From Sumerlaeia bacterium (GTDB lineage Bacteria; Sumerlaeota; Sumerlaeia; SLMS01; JAHLLQ01): a stretch of DNA of 64,000 nt. The position numbers and the translations under genes were made by a program. Under the pieces are notes generated by a model, which was not told the origin of the DNA, did not search any database, and worked only from the letters and a program-made list of their open reading frames with translations. Below are positions 9,218 through 18,477 of this stretch, piece by piece. Each line of letters opens with the position of its first letter. Position 1 is the stretch's first letter. Location of the stretch: positions 128,001 through 192,000 of the forward strand of contig JAVJSW010000037.1 of the NCBI GenBank assembly GCA_040219255.1. The letters run 5' to 3'.

Positions 9218-10381
9218 TCAATCCACAACTTCCAGAACCAGGCTCGTCACATCGTCGGTGAGGGCCAGCGATCCGCCGCCGTTTCCGTTGGTGGGCAGGA
9301 TCGAGCTGATAGCCCGCACGATCTCCGGGGCGCTGCTTTGTCCGGCCTGCCGGAATATGCGGTGTGTGTCCCCGAGGTAGCTTTCCGCCTCCGGCCTCAT
9401 CAGACCGTTGGTGCAGATCAGCACCCGGTCGCCGGGTTCGAGGGCGACCGTTACCTCGGAGAAGGCGGCGTCGGCGAAGGCGCCGAGCGGCGGGCCGCTT
9501 GCCTGGATGCGCTCGCATTCTCCCCCCGCGGCGCGGTAGATCGTTGGCGCCGGAAGTCCGCCGCCGATGACCGTCAGTTGGCGCTGGTCCGGCGCGTAGC
9601 GCAGGTACGTCCCCAACGCGATGTCCCATTCCGACAGGATCGAGCACAGATGCGAGTTGATTCGCGCCATCGCCAGCAGCGCGTTCGTCATCGCCGGGAG
9701 TTGCGTCTGCAGCAGCGTCTTGAGCCGGAAGGTGTAAAGCGACGGCACCACGCCCGAGCCGGGGAAGTCCGCCACGATGATGCCCAGTGAACCATCGGCC
9801 AGCGAGACCACATCCCAGTAATCGCCACAGAGCGTTTCGCAGGGCTTCCAGACGGCGGCCAAGCGGATGCCGTAGGCGTCGGGCAAATCGGCGAGGCGTT
9901 CGGGCCCCGGGACCAGCGATTCCTGCATGCGGCGCGCCGCCTCCAGATCGCGGCGGATGCGCTCGTTCTGGCGTTGCGATTCGATCTGCAACGCCCGAAG
10001 CCGGGTGTGCGTTTCGATTCGAGCCAGAAGCACGTCCAGATCGATGGGCTTGGTCACGTAATCGTTGGCCCCGGCTCTCAGGCCCGCCACCACGTCCTGG
10101 CTGTCGCTGCGGGCGGTGACCATGATGACCGGCAGGTCGTGGGTTTTCGGGTCGGCGCGCAGGCGCTGGCAGACCTCCAGGCCGCTCATCCCCGGCATCA
10201 TCACGTCCAGCAGCACCATATCGGGAGGCGTGCGAGCGATCAATTCCAGCGCCACCGGGCCGTTTTCCGCCTCGGTCACGATGTAGCCCTGGTCCTCCAG
10301 GTCTTGCAGCAACAACTCGCGGTTGAACTCGTTGTCGTCCACCACGAGGATCTGACTCTTGCGATGCTTGCCGTCCGTCAT
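9218..10381 (-). CDS. response regulator with SpoIIE/PP2C (RsbU-like) domain, degenerate active site
   Basis: REC (VVDD, LLDVMMP, KP), coiled coil, then GDYWD, ADFPGSG, LEPGDRVLICTNG, DDVT. Confidence 0.85.
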   Translation of the reverse strand: MTDGKHRKSQILVVDDNEFNRELLLQDLEDQGYIVTEAENGPVALELIARTPPDMVLLDVMMPGMSGLEVCQRLRADPKTHDLPVIMVTARSDSQDVVAGLRAGANDYVTKPIDLDVLLARIETHTRLRALQIESQRQNERIRRDLEAARRMQESLVPGPERLADLPDAYGIRLAAVWKPCETLCGDYWDVVSLADGSLGIIVADFPGSGVVPSLYTFRLKTLLQTQLPAMTNALLAMARINSHLCSILSEWDIALGTYLRYAPDQRQLTVIGGGLPAPTIYRAAGGECERIQASGPPLGAFADAAFSEVTVALEPGDRVLICTNGLMRPEAESYLGDTHRIFRQAGQSSAPEIVRAISSILPTNGNGGGSLALTDDVTSLVLEVVD

Positions 10382-10487
10382 ATCAGCCTTGCCGTCCTGG
10401 GGGCCGCGGGGCAGGGTTCGCCCCGCTGGCCGATGCGAAGAGGTTGGCGAATCTTTTCACCGGGGCCCGGCCAGGGGCCAACACTTT

Positions 10488-11177
10488 ATGGATGCTCAGA
10501 CCGCTTTGCAACGATATGTCCTCTCCGGGGGCATGATGATGGTCTTTCTGGTGCCGCTGGCGCTGATGACCGTCGCCTTCGCGGTCCAGGCATTCGTCAA
10601 TATCCGGCGCTCGCGCATTTGCCCGAAGGGCTACGCCGCCAAAGCCGCCCGCCTCGCCGCCAAAGCATCGCCGGACGGCCCCGCGCTGATCGGACGGCTC
10701 GCCGGAGACGGCCACGCCCTGGGGCGCGTCCTGGGGCGGACGCTGGCCCGCGTGGGCAAGGAACGCACCCCGGCCCCCTCGCTGACCGAGGAAATCCTTC
10801 GCGAGGAAATCACCGACGAGTGCGAAGCCCTCCTGGAAAAGAACAGCCAGCTTGGCGTGGTCTACACCGTGGCGCCGCTCATGGGGCTTCTGGGCACCGT
10901 GTTCGGCATGATCAGCACCTTCCGCGAATTCACCGCCGCCACCGATCCGAGCGTCAAGGAACTGAGCGCCGGGATCAACGTGGCCCTGATCACGACCGCC
11001 TGGGGGCTGGCCATCGCCATCCCGGCGTTCCTCTTTCTGGCTCTGATTCAGCGCCGCATCGCCGCCTACGAACGGCTTCACCTGCCCGCCGAAGCCTCCG
11101 CCTCCCTCGATGCCATCGCGTCCGCCCTCGCTGACCCGGCCGAGGCCGAGAGCGAACCTCTGGAAGAAGCGAGCTGA
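10488..11177 (+). CDS. exbB: MotA/TolQ/ExbB proton channel protein
   Basis: APLMGLLGTVFGMI..F, AGINVALITTAWGLAIAIPA. Confidence 0.88.
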   Translation: MDAQTALQRYVLSGGMMMVFLVPLALMTVAFAVQAFVNIRRSRICPKGYAAKAARLAAKASPDGPALIGRLAGDGHALGRVLGRTLARVGKERTPAPSLTEEILREEITDECEALLEKNSQLGVVYTVAPLMGLLGTVFGMISTFREFTAATDPSVKELSAGINVALITTAWGLAIAIPAFLFLALIQRRIAAYERLHLPAEASASLDAIASALADPAEAESEPLEEAS

Positions 11178-11181
11178 GCCC

Positions 11182-11625
11182 ATGCTGCACCGCCGGCCCA
11201 CGCGTCCCCGCCGCGGCCGCTCGCGCGCCTTCGCGGGCGATCTGAATCTGACACCGCTCATCGACATTCTCTTCAATCTGATATTTTTCTTTATCCTCGC
11301 CACGGAGATTCAGGACCGCGAGCGGTTCCGCGACATCGCCTTGCCCCCCTCCTCGTCCGCCTCGGCGGAAAAACCCTACGAGGACGAACCGCCGCCCGAG
11401 GTGGCTCTCGACCGGGACGGGCAGATCTACTTCGACGGCGAAGCGCTCTCCGACAGCGAGTTCATCGACCGGATGACACAGTTCGTTCGCGACCGCAAGG
11501 TGGACGAAATCATCCTGTCGAGCGACGCCGGTCTCAATTGGGGCCGAATCGTGGAAGTGACCGACCTTTGCCAGCAGGCGGGTGTGCGAGAGGTGATTTC
11601 GCGCCTGCGGAGGGCCCAAAACTAG
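11182..11625 (+). CDS. exbD: ExbD/TolR family protein
   Basis: LNLTPLIDILFNLIFFFILAT; follows exbB. Confidence 0.88.
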   Translation: MLHRRPTRPRRGRSRAFAGDLNLTPLIDILFNLIFFFILATEIQDRERFRDIALPPSSSASAEKPYEDEPPPEVALDRDGQIYFDGEALSDSEFIDRMTQFVRDRKVDEIILSSDAGLNWGRIVEVTDLCQQAGVREVISRLRRAQN

Positions 11626-11816
11626 GCAGAGTCGCGGTTTGTCGAGAGATTGTCTTCGGTCTTCATGGATTTCGCGCCAAATCCGGACGGCGCGTCGAAA
11701 AAGGCACGGCTCTTGATGCTCCCGACCATCGACGATGACCCTGTTCGATCTCCCGGGTTGGGCTCATCGGTCTCGTGATAGAGGCGGGCGTGGCGCGATT
11801 GGGATGGAATCGGGGG

Positions 11817-11846
11817 TTGACGCGCCCCGCCCGGTCTCTTTATAGA
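11817..11846 (+). promoter_or_regulatory. putative sigma70 promoter for tRNA-Lys
   Basis: TTGACG (11817) -18 nt- TATAGA (11841). Confidence 0.4.
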
Positions 11847-11888
11847 ACGCAACCCTTCGGCGCGGACCCGCGGCGAAGAGTGTCATGT

Positions 11889-11963
11889 GGGCGCATAGCT
11901 CAGCGGTAGAGCAGGTGGCTTTTAACCACTTGGTCCTAGGTTCGAGTCCTAGTGCGCCCACCA
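11889..11963 (+). tRNA. tRNA-Lys(TTT)
   Basis: GGGCGCA/TGCGCCC acceptor, D-arm GCTC/GAGC, anticodon loop CTTTTAA, T-arm CTAGG-TTCGAGT-CCTAG, encoded ACCA. Confidence 0.97.
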
Positions 11964-11983
11964 CCCTATCAACGCTTTTCAAC

Positions 11984-12022
11984 CCGGCGCCGACTCACGC
12001 TTGCAGTCCGCGCCGGTTTTTT
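11984..12022 (+). terminator. intrinsic terminator after tRNA-Lys
   Basis: CCGGCGC...GCGCCGG stem followed by T6. Confidence 0.6.
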
Positions 12023-12073
12023 GTTTCATCGGCCCCAATCCGCGCATCTTGCCGCTCTCACAGGCCAGCCTTC

Positions 12074-12598
12074 ATGACTCTGCCGCCCCGCCACCGCATT
12101 CTCGCCATCGACGACACCGAAGACACCCTCGAACTGATCCGCCTCACGCTTCAGGACGACTACGACGTGCTCAGCCTGGCCGATCCGATGAACGCCTACG
12201 AGTACGTCGATCTCTTCGAGCCCGATCTGCTGATTCTGGATATCATGATGCCGCGCGTGTCGGGCTTTCAGATTCTGGAAATGATTCAGCAAGGCTCGCG
12301 CCCCCGCGAGCTGCCCGTCATTCTGCTGTCCGCCAAGACCGCGTCGTCCGACATCAAGCACGGCTATCAGCTCGGCGCGAGCCTCTACCTGACCAAACCG
12401 TTCCAGCCCGAGCGGCTGCGCAAGAACGTGCGGCTTCAGTTTGAATTCCACCCGCCCACCAGCGAACCGCACACGCAGGACCTGGCCGCGATTCTCAAGC
12501 ACATCCGGCAGAAGACCGGCTACCGCCAGGGCGGGGTGCAATTGGCCAGCGCGGTGCTGCCGGACCACGATTTCGGCGGGTCTTCCGCCGCGGGTTAG
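12074..12598 (+). CDS. response regulator (receiver plus short C-terminal extension)
   Basis: ILAIDD, LILDIMMP, LSA, YLTKPF. Confidence 0.85.
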   Translation: MTLPPRHRILAIDDTEDTLELIRLTLQDDYDVLSLADPMNAYEYVDLFEPDLLILDIMMPRVSGFQILEMIQQGSRPRELPVILLSAKTASSDIKHGYQLGASLYLTKPFQPERLRKNVRLQFEFHPPTSEPHTQDLAAILKHIRQKTGYRQGGVQLASAVLPDHDFGGSSAAG

Positions 12599-13011
12599 CC
12601 CTCGTTCGTCAGCCGCCCCAGCAACTCCAAAGGGATGCGAACGATGCGGTTCGACCGATCGAAGAACGCGTGCTTCGTCATTCCGGTCGCCGCCAGTTCC
12701 TGGCGCGCGTCGCAGTACAATTCATAACGGAACGTCAGCCGGGTGCGGGTGATTTCCTCCACAATGCTGCGCACGCGCACTTCATCGTCGTAGTAAAGAG
12801 GGCGTTTGAAATCGCAGGAGGCGTGAAGGACCGGGATGCGGAAGCCCGCCTCCTCCATCTCGCGATACGAGAGCCCCCGCGCCCGCAGGCCTTCGACCCG
12901 GCCGATCTCCATGTAGACAAAATAATTGCCGTGATACACCACGCCCATCTGATCCGTGTCGCGGTAAACGACACGGTGCCGATGGTCATGATGCGGAGAC
13001 CCAGGTGTCAC
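12595..13011 (-). CDS. acyl-CoA thioesterase (YbgC/FadM, 4HBT family)
   Basis: YRDTDQMGVVYHGNYFVYMEIGR; GTG start assumed. Confidence 0.88.
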   Translation of the reverse strand: MTPGSPHHDHRHRVVYRDTDQMGVVYHGNYFVYMEIGRVEGLRARGLSYREMEEAGFRIPVLHASCDFKRPLYYDDEVRVRSIVEEITRTRLTFRYELYCDARQELAATGMTKHAFFDRSNRIVRIPLELLGRLTNEG

Positions 13012-13028
13012 AAGTTCAAGCCGCCGGC

Positions 13029-13964
13029 TCAGGTTCCGGAAATGTCGGAGGCGATTTGGTTTTGAGTGGACTGATCGACCACCTCGCCGACCACCATCGA
13101 ATCGCGGAAGCGATTCAGGTCCAGGTGCATCAGCGACCACTTGTCGTGGGTGTGGTGGGCCACGACCGGGCCCAGGTCGTCGACTCCCCAGTAAATCGCG
13201 TCCCATTCGCGGCCGGCGCCGAAGGTGATGCGCAGCTTGCGCCCGCGCAGGAGTTTCTTCGGCTCCTCATCCACGCTGTCTTCGATCGAGGTGACCGGTT
13301 TTTGAAAGAAGCCGGAGTGGCCCGTGGTGGCGCCGGCTCGGGGCTGCGGGATGAAGGCGCAGTAGTCGAACATGTCGAGGTGGAAAATCACCTCGTCGCG
13401 ATCCCAGGTCATGCGACGTTGCAGGCGAAGCATGAACTCGGCAGGCAATTGGCCGAGTTTTTTCACGTCGTAGGAAGCGAGGGCGACGCCCTGCGGTTTC
13501 ACCGAGCCGTCGGCCAGCAGCAGGTACACCACCTCGTATTCCTTGTCCGGCCGGCTGTCCTTGAAAACGCCGATGTGATCGTCTTCGAACCGCAGAATCG
13601 TGCCGACGGGGAAGGTGCCGTCTGAACCCAGTCGCGTCCGCGACGTGTCCAGGTCTTCCGGCGCCGGATGGGCACCGGCCTTGGTAGGGGCGCCTCCCAG
13701 CTTGGGCACCGTGGTGGAAGAAGGCGGCGCGGCGGAGGGGGGCTTGGGGATGGCGTGCCCCAGGGGAGGCGTCGCTGGGTCCGCCTCGGCTCTTTGCGTG
13801 CCCTGGACGCGGGGTTTGTAGTCCAGCTTCTTCTTCTTCAGCACCGAGTCCGCGAGTTTGCTCAGGTAATCTCTCTCGTCCGGGGACGGGGGACCTTCGC
13901 CCCCTCCCATATCGTCCGGCGCGGCATGCTTCCAATTCATGTGTGTGACAGCCTTGATGGGCAT
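13029..13964 (-). CDS. hypothetical protein
   Basis: GGAGGA RBS before ATG 13964; Pro-rich N-terminus and two beta-rich domains; host-like codon usage. Confidence 0.7.
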   Translation of the reverse strand: MPIKAVTHMNWKHAAPDDMGGGEGPPSPDERDYLSKLADSVLKKKKLDYKPRVQGTQRAEADPATPPLGHAIPKPPSAAPPSSTTVPKLGGAPTKAGAHPAPEDLDTSRTRLGSDGTFPVGTILRFEDDHIGVFKDSRPDKEYEVVYLLLADGSVKPQGVALASYDVKKLGQLPAEFMLRLQRRMTWDRDEVIFHLDMFDYCAFIPQPRAGATTGHSGFFQKPVTSIEDSVDEEPKKLLRGRKLRITFGAGREWDAIYWGVDDLGPVVAHHTHDKWSLMHLDLNRFRDSMVVGEVVDQSTQNQIASDISGT

Positions 13965-14094
13965 TATCAATCCTCCGGCTAAGGCTAGCCGACAGTATTG
14001 CCAATGAGTTAGGGGCACGTTGGGCAGACTGTCAACCGATAGGAGTCGGTTAGTGTTCAGTCTTAGAATAAAAGAACCGAATTGGTCCGAGGGG

Positions 14095-15399
14095 TCAGGG
14101 AACGGGGACGGTGGTGGCGGCTTCTGCCAGTTTGCGGGCCGCGAGGGCGTCCTTCAGGGTGATCTGGCCGTCGCCGTCCAGATCGAGCCCGTCGTAGTTC
14201 TCGACATCGGCCGAGTCGAGCGCTTGCGAACCCGCCACCAGGCCGGTCAGTACGTCGCCGTCGGTGGAGTCGACGATCTCGTCGCCGTTCACGTCGCCGA
14301 GGCCGGGCTTGACCGCGTCGTCGGTAACCGCCGCCAGGCCGAGCTTCACCGCCTCGTAGGCGTCGAGATAGCCGTCGCCATCGGAGTCGGCGAGGCTGTC
14401 GTTCGGATCGATCGAAGCGGGCAGGCCGTCGCTGTCGGCGTCGACGAAGGAAGCGGGGGAGTTTTCGTCGAGGGGATCGCTGCCGAGGAGGAGGACTTCG
14501 ACGCCGTCCGGGATGCCGTCGCCGTCTGTGTCGGCGTTACGCGGGTCCGTTTCCAGACCCACGTCGTAGGCGAAGTTGAAGGCGATGCCGGGGGCGCGGC
14601 TGCCGTTGAGTTCGTCGAGGTCGGCGAGGCCGTCGCCGTCGCTGTCGTAGAGGGCGCCATTGGTCGAACCGGCGGCGGGAATGCGGACCGCGGGCTCGAC
14701 GCCGTCGGCGACGCCGTCGCCATCGAGGTCCGCCGCGCCGAGGAGGCCCTGCACCGCGGAGGCGAAGACGACGTTGGGGTAATCGTCTTCCGTGAAGCCG
14801 ATGAGCCGTGACAGGTCGCTGTTGTCCTGGAACAGGAGCGCCGGGTTGCGGGACAATTCGCGCCCGCGATCGTTTTCCGCGGCAAAGATGCTGACGATGC
14901 CGGCGGGCGAAATGGTCGTCCGGAAGGTCGCGTCGAAGAGCTGGAACGACGTCGGTTGGTCGTCGATGACAGCGGGGTTCGAACCGTCGATTCCGGCGAA
15001 GGCGAACACATGGTGGATGGCTTCGCCGCTGGGGCCGAAGTCCGGCATGGCGGACGCTGGCGGGATGGCTTCCGGGGCTGGAATGCCGTTGGCCGTCGGC
15101 GCGGTAACGGCTTCGACAGAGAGGAGTTCGAGTTGGTTTGGGTCGTAGAGCATCCGCAGATCGTAACCGGTCAGGGGCAGCGTGGTGGCGCTGGTGTCGA
15201 CCGCGAGGCGGACGGTGAAGCTCGTCTCCGGATTGGCCACAAGGGTAGCGTCCGATCCCGGGGCGAAATCCAGGGAAACGGGGACTTGGCCCAAGGCCAC
15301 TCCACAAGTGAGGGAAAACGCCGTGAGGCAGGGAAGAGCGATAGATTTGAGCGTCATGACCGAACTCGAGACCACGGGTGAACTAAAGATGGGCGACAT
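14095..15399 (-). CDS. secreted cohesin-like + DxDxDG repeats + dockerin-like protein
   Basis: Signal peptide; FTVRLAV..LTGYDLRMLYDPNQLELLSV (cohesin-like); several DxDGDG; paired GDVNGDEIVDSTD / DLDGDGQITLKDAL. Confidence 0.75.
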   Translation of the reverse strand: MSPIFSSPVVSSSVMTLKSIALPCLTAFSLTCGVALGQVPVSLDFAPGSDATLVANPETSFTVRLAVDTSATTLPLTGYDLRMLYDPNQLELLSVEAVTAPTANGIPAPEAIPPASAMPDFGPSGEAIHHVFAFAGIDGSNPAVIDDQPTSFQLFDATFRTTISPAGIVSIFAAENDRGRELSRNPALLFQDNSDLSRLIGFTEDDYPNVVFASAVQGLLGAADLDGDGVADGVEPAVRIPAAGSTNGALYDSDGDGLADLDELNGSRAPGIAFNFAYDVGLETDPRNADTDGDGIPDGVEVLLLGSDPLDENSPASFVDADSDGLPASIDPNDSLADSDGDGYLDAYEAVKLGLAAVTDDAVKPGLGDVNGDEIVDSTDGDVLTGLVAGSQALDSADVENYDGLDLDGDGQITLKDALAARKLAEAATTVPVP

Positions 15400-15652
15400 T
15401 CGTACCAGCCTTTCGCGCGGTCAAGGTAAGTTCGCCGTGGTCGTGCCGGCCTGGCGATTCTTTGACCACAGCGAACGAAGAGGGGGGAGTTCATTGTTGA
15501 TTCACCGAAGCTCTTGGTCTCTTCGTGGGACAGAACTCGGCTCTTCCCAGTCGTCCCGGCGTCGAATCGCTCTCCGCTCTGGCAGCACGCAACCTCACTC
15601 GCACCAAGCGTTTCCCCGCCTCCGTTTCATCGTGCTGGATTTTCTTGAAGGA

Positions 15653-17662
15653 TCAAGGGACCTCCGTGCCGCGGGAAAGGACGCGATAGATGACCAGACC
15701 ATCCTTATCCCTGCGTTCGCCGGGCGGGTCGGACATGGTGCTCAGGCCGAAAATCGGCCCCGCGACCTTTTCCAGGGCGGGGTGTCTGTCCAATGTTCGA
15801 TGGCGGGTGACGATGTAGTCCGCGCCCGTGTGCTCCGCCAGCCAGGCCACGTACCAGGCGGGCAGGCGGTAGTAATCGCGATCGAGCAGGGCGCCCTGGT
15901 AATCGTGCAGAAACCATTCGCACATCGCCGGGTGCTCGCGCGGCTCGGGTATGCCTCGCACCTGGGCATAGAGTTCCAGCCAGGTTGCCCATTCCCGTTG
16001 TTTGAAGGGAAAGGTTTTGAAGAGGAACACGGCGGAGCGCTCGGACCAGATATGCCAGCTCTGGTTCGCTTCGCCCGGCGGTGTCAGAAAGAGGGCGTCC
16101 GGGGGCGTGTTGTCCTTGGCCCAAGCGGCCGCGCGCTCCAGTTCGCCGGTCGCGTAGGGCCAGACCTGATAGCGATCCGCCAGGTCCGCGTGCTCGCTCG
16201 TCAGCCAGTTCCATCGGTGAGCCTCCTGGACTCGTTCCTGGGGGAAAGGTGCCGCCAGCAGCACCGCAACGAGCAGCACCCCCAGCCCCGCGCCCAGGTA
16301 GGGCCACGCCGCCCGCCGGCCCAAAGCCGCGAGCCTCCGTCCGATCCAGAAGGTCCAGGGGCTCTTCCATTGCGTGATGGCGGCCAGGACAATCACCCCC
16401 GCCACCGCCGCCCGGTGATCCGAGTAGTCGTTGCTCAGCAGCGGCGCGGCGGCGAAGCCGGCGGCGCCGACCCAGACCGGCCGGGTCCCCCGCGCCAGGG
16501 CGGGAATCGCCGCGTAGAGGGCCTCCAGAAGGAAGACGAGGGCGAGAAGGCCTTCCCATTTTTCACCGCCGATCACGCCAACGAGAAAGGCCACGCCCCG
16601 GAACCATGGGACGGCCTCGCCCGCCTTCAGCAACTGGAGCAGGTGGAACGTGGCGATCAGGAAAACCGTGGCTCGGAAGATATTGTTCAGGCGGAACGGC
16701 TGAATCGCCACGACCGCCGCAACGGGCACCACATGGATCAGAAAGCTGGCTAGGACGAACCATGCCAGAAGCAACGCCACGAGCGGCACGAGAGGGCGTT
16801 CCGGGTCGTCCGGCCGGATCGCCCGGACCCGCGCCCAGAAAAAGAGCAGCATGGCCAGCGTTTCCCAATAATCGCCCGCGCTCATCATCAACGGGATCAT
16901 GTGGTGCGGATGGCGCAACCAGCCCAGGAGGTGAATCCGCTCGGCGGCCGTGTAGAGTTCCGGGCCCGCGACTAAGTCGGCCAGGAGCAAAGCCTGGACG
17001 CCGCAGATGGCACCCACCGGGGCGGCAAAGAGCAGGGCTCGCCGGGCCGCCTTGGCCGGCTGGTGGAGGGTAAATTGCCACGCCACCAGAACCGGCAGCG
17101 CCAGCAAAGCCGGCGCCGCCTGGAACAGGCTCAACGCCGCCATCGCCAGCCCCGCCACCAACGGGCGTCCTCGCAGCAGCAGGCCGATGGCGAACAGCAC
17201 CCCCAGATAGCCGTACATCCGAGGCAAGGTCGAGCGCTCGATCAGGAAGGTGGTGCCGAGGTCGCCATATTCGCCCGCGGAAACGAGAAACAGCAGCCAG
17301 ACCGCTATGAGTCCCACCCGCCCGCCGAGACCCCGCACGATGGCCCAACAGGCCGCCACGAAAGCCATCAGATAGGCGAGGTACTGCACGAACAACGTGA
17401 TCGCGATGGAACCGGTCAGGCGGTGGAGGTGAACCTCGAAGGCCAGGAAAATCCCGCGCGCCGTGTACGCCGCCTCGCCGCCGAAATACCAGTCCCGCTG
17501 GAACAGGCTCGGATCGAGCTTCGCCATCAGCATGGGCACTTGCGACAAATGATCGGTCCGGTAGGCGCCGTAGCCCAGGTTAAGGAGAATGAAGGTGACG
17601 GCACTGAACCAGAGCGCGATCAGCCGGGCCGGAGGAAGAGGGAAGGGGGAAGGGCGATCCAT
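15653..17662 (-). CDS. multi-pass membrane protein, GT-C-like (DUF6798-like)
   Basis: DPSLFQRDW, R.PHH, many TMs, soluble C-terminal WAKDNTPPDALFLTPP...SERS. Confidence 0.65.
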   Translation of the reverse strand: MDRPSPFPLPPARLIALWFSAVTFILLNLGYGAYRTDHLSQVPMLMAKLDPSLFQRDWYFGGEAAYTARGIFLAFEVHLHRLTGSIAITLFVQYLAYLMAFVAACWAIVRGLGGRVGLIAVWLLFLVSAGEYGDLGTTFLIERSTLPRMYGYLGVLFAIGLLLRGRPLVAGLAMAALSLFQAAPALLALPVLVAWQFTLHQPAKAARRALLFAAPVGAICGVQALLLADLVAGPELYTAAERIHLLGWLRHPHHMIPLMMSAGDYWETLAMLLFFWARVRAIRPDDPERPLVPLVALLLAWFVLASFLIHVVPVAAVVAIQPFRLNNIFRATVFLIATFHLLQLLKAGEAVPWFRGVAFLVGVIGGEKWEGLLALVFLLEALYAAIPALARGTRPVWVGAAGFAAAPLLSNDYSDHRAAVAGVIVLAAITQWKSPWTFWIGRRLAALGRRAAWPYLGAGLGVLLVAVLLAAPFPQERVQEAHRWNWLTSEHADLADRYQVWPYATGELERAAAWAKDNTPPDALFLTPPGEANQSWHIWSERSAVFLFKTFPFKQREWATWLELYAQVRGIPEPREHPAMCEWFLHDYQGALLDRDYYRLPAWYVAWLAEHTGADYIVTRHRTLDRHPALEKVAGPIFGLSTMSDPPGERRDKDGLVIYRVLSRGTEVP

Positions 17663-17772
17663 TTTGTCCGAGAGGACCAGGCCAAGCCGGGCGGTCCAAT
17701 TTCAAAACAAGAGTTTGGATGCCTTGTCTTGGGGTCAACGCCGACCTTGCCGCGCACGGCGGGAGCCGCGCG

Positions 17773-18477
17773 TCAGGAGTCCCGCGGCGGATTGATCGAT
17801 GCCCCGCGCAAATAGGCCGGCGCCGCGCCGGCGGGATCTTCGAAGAAGCCGGCCCGGGCCCGGGCGAGGCCCAACAAGGCGACGCTTTCCGGGGCGCACT
17901 GGCGCCGGTCCGCCGGGGCCAGGCGAATGTTTATCCCCGCGCCCAGCCAGGTTTCCCGGTACTGCAACGCCCCCTCGCCGGTGATCGCCGCAGGGCCTTC
18001 CGGCCACCGCGCCAGCGCGTCCTCCGGCGAAGCGCAGAAGTCGCCGCAGAGGCGTTCCAGCCCCCCCTTCGTCCGGCGAAAGAACGCGCCGTAGACTTCC
18101 CCCCGGCGGGCGTTCAACAGCGGCACCACCACGGTTCCTTCCGCCTCCGGGCAGGCCCGGTGGGCCAAGGCCTCCAGCGTGGAAACCAGCACCAGCCTCG
18201 GCCGCCCCGGTTCGCAGAAAGCCTTGGCCAGCGTCAGCCCAACACGCACGCCGGTGAAAGTCCCCGGCCCGGCGCTCGCCGCCACCACGTCCACGTCCTC
18301 GATCGTCAGCCCCGATTCGGCGAGCAGCGTCTCCACGGCGGGCAGGATCATGCGGCTGTGGGCGCGGGCACTGGTGATCGTTTGCGCCCCCAGGAAGCGC
18401 TCGGCGTCCGCCTCGCGCGCGTCCAGCAGCGCCACGCCGCCGGCCGGGCTGCACGTTTCCAGAGCCAGAACGATCAC
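17773..18477 (-). CDS. tsaB: tRNA threonylcarbamoyladenosine biosynthesis protein TsaB
   Basis: VLALETCS, HSRMILP, GPGTFTGVRVG, NARRGEVY, P.YLR. Confidence 0.92.
   Translation of the reverse strand: MIVLALETCSPAGGVALLDAREADAERFLGAQTITSARAHSRMILPAVETLLAESGLTIEDVDVVAASAGPGTFTGVRVGLTLAKAFCEPGRPRLVLVSTLEALAHRACPEAEGTVVVPLLNARRGEVYGAFFRRTKGGLERLCGDFCASPEDALARWPEGPAAITGEGALQYRETWLGAGINIRLAPADRRQCAPESVALLGLARARAGFFEDPAGAAPAYLRGASINPPRDS

Noticed and set aside
11889-11963. tRNA-Lys as an integration site
   Set aside because: No integrase nearby and no duplicated tRNA 3' end noticed in the window
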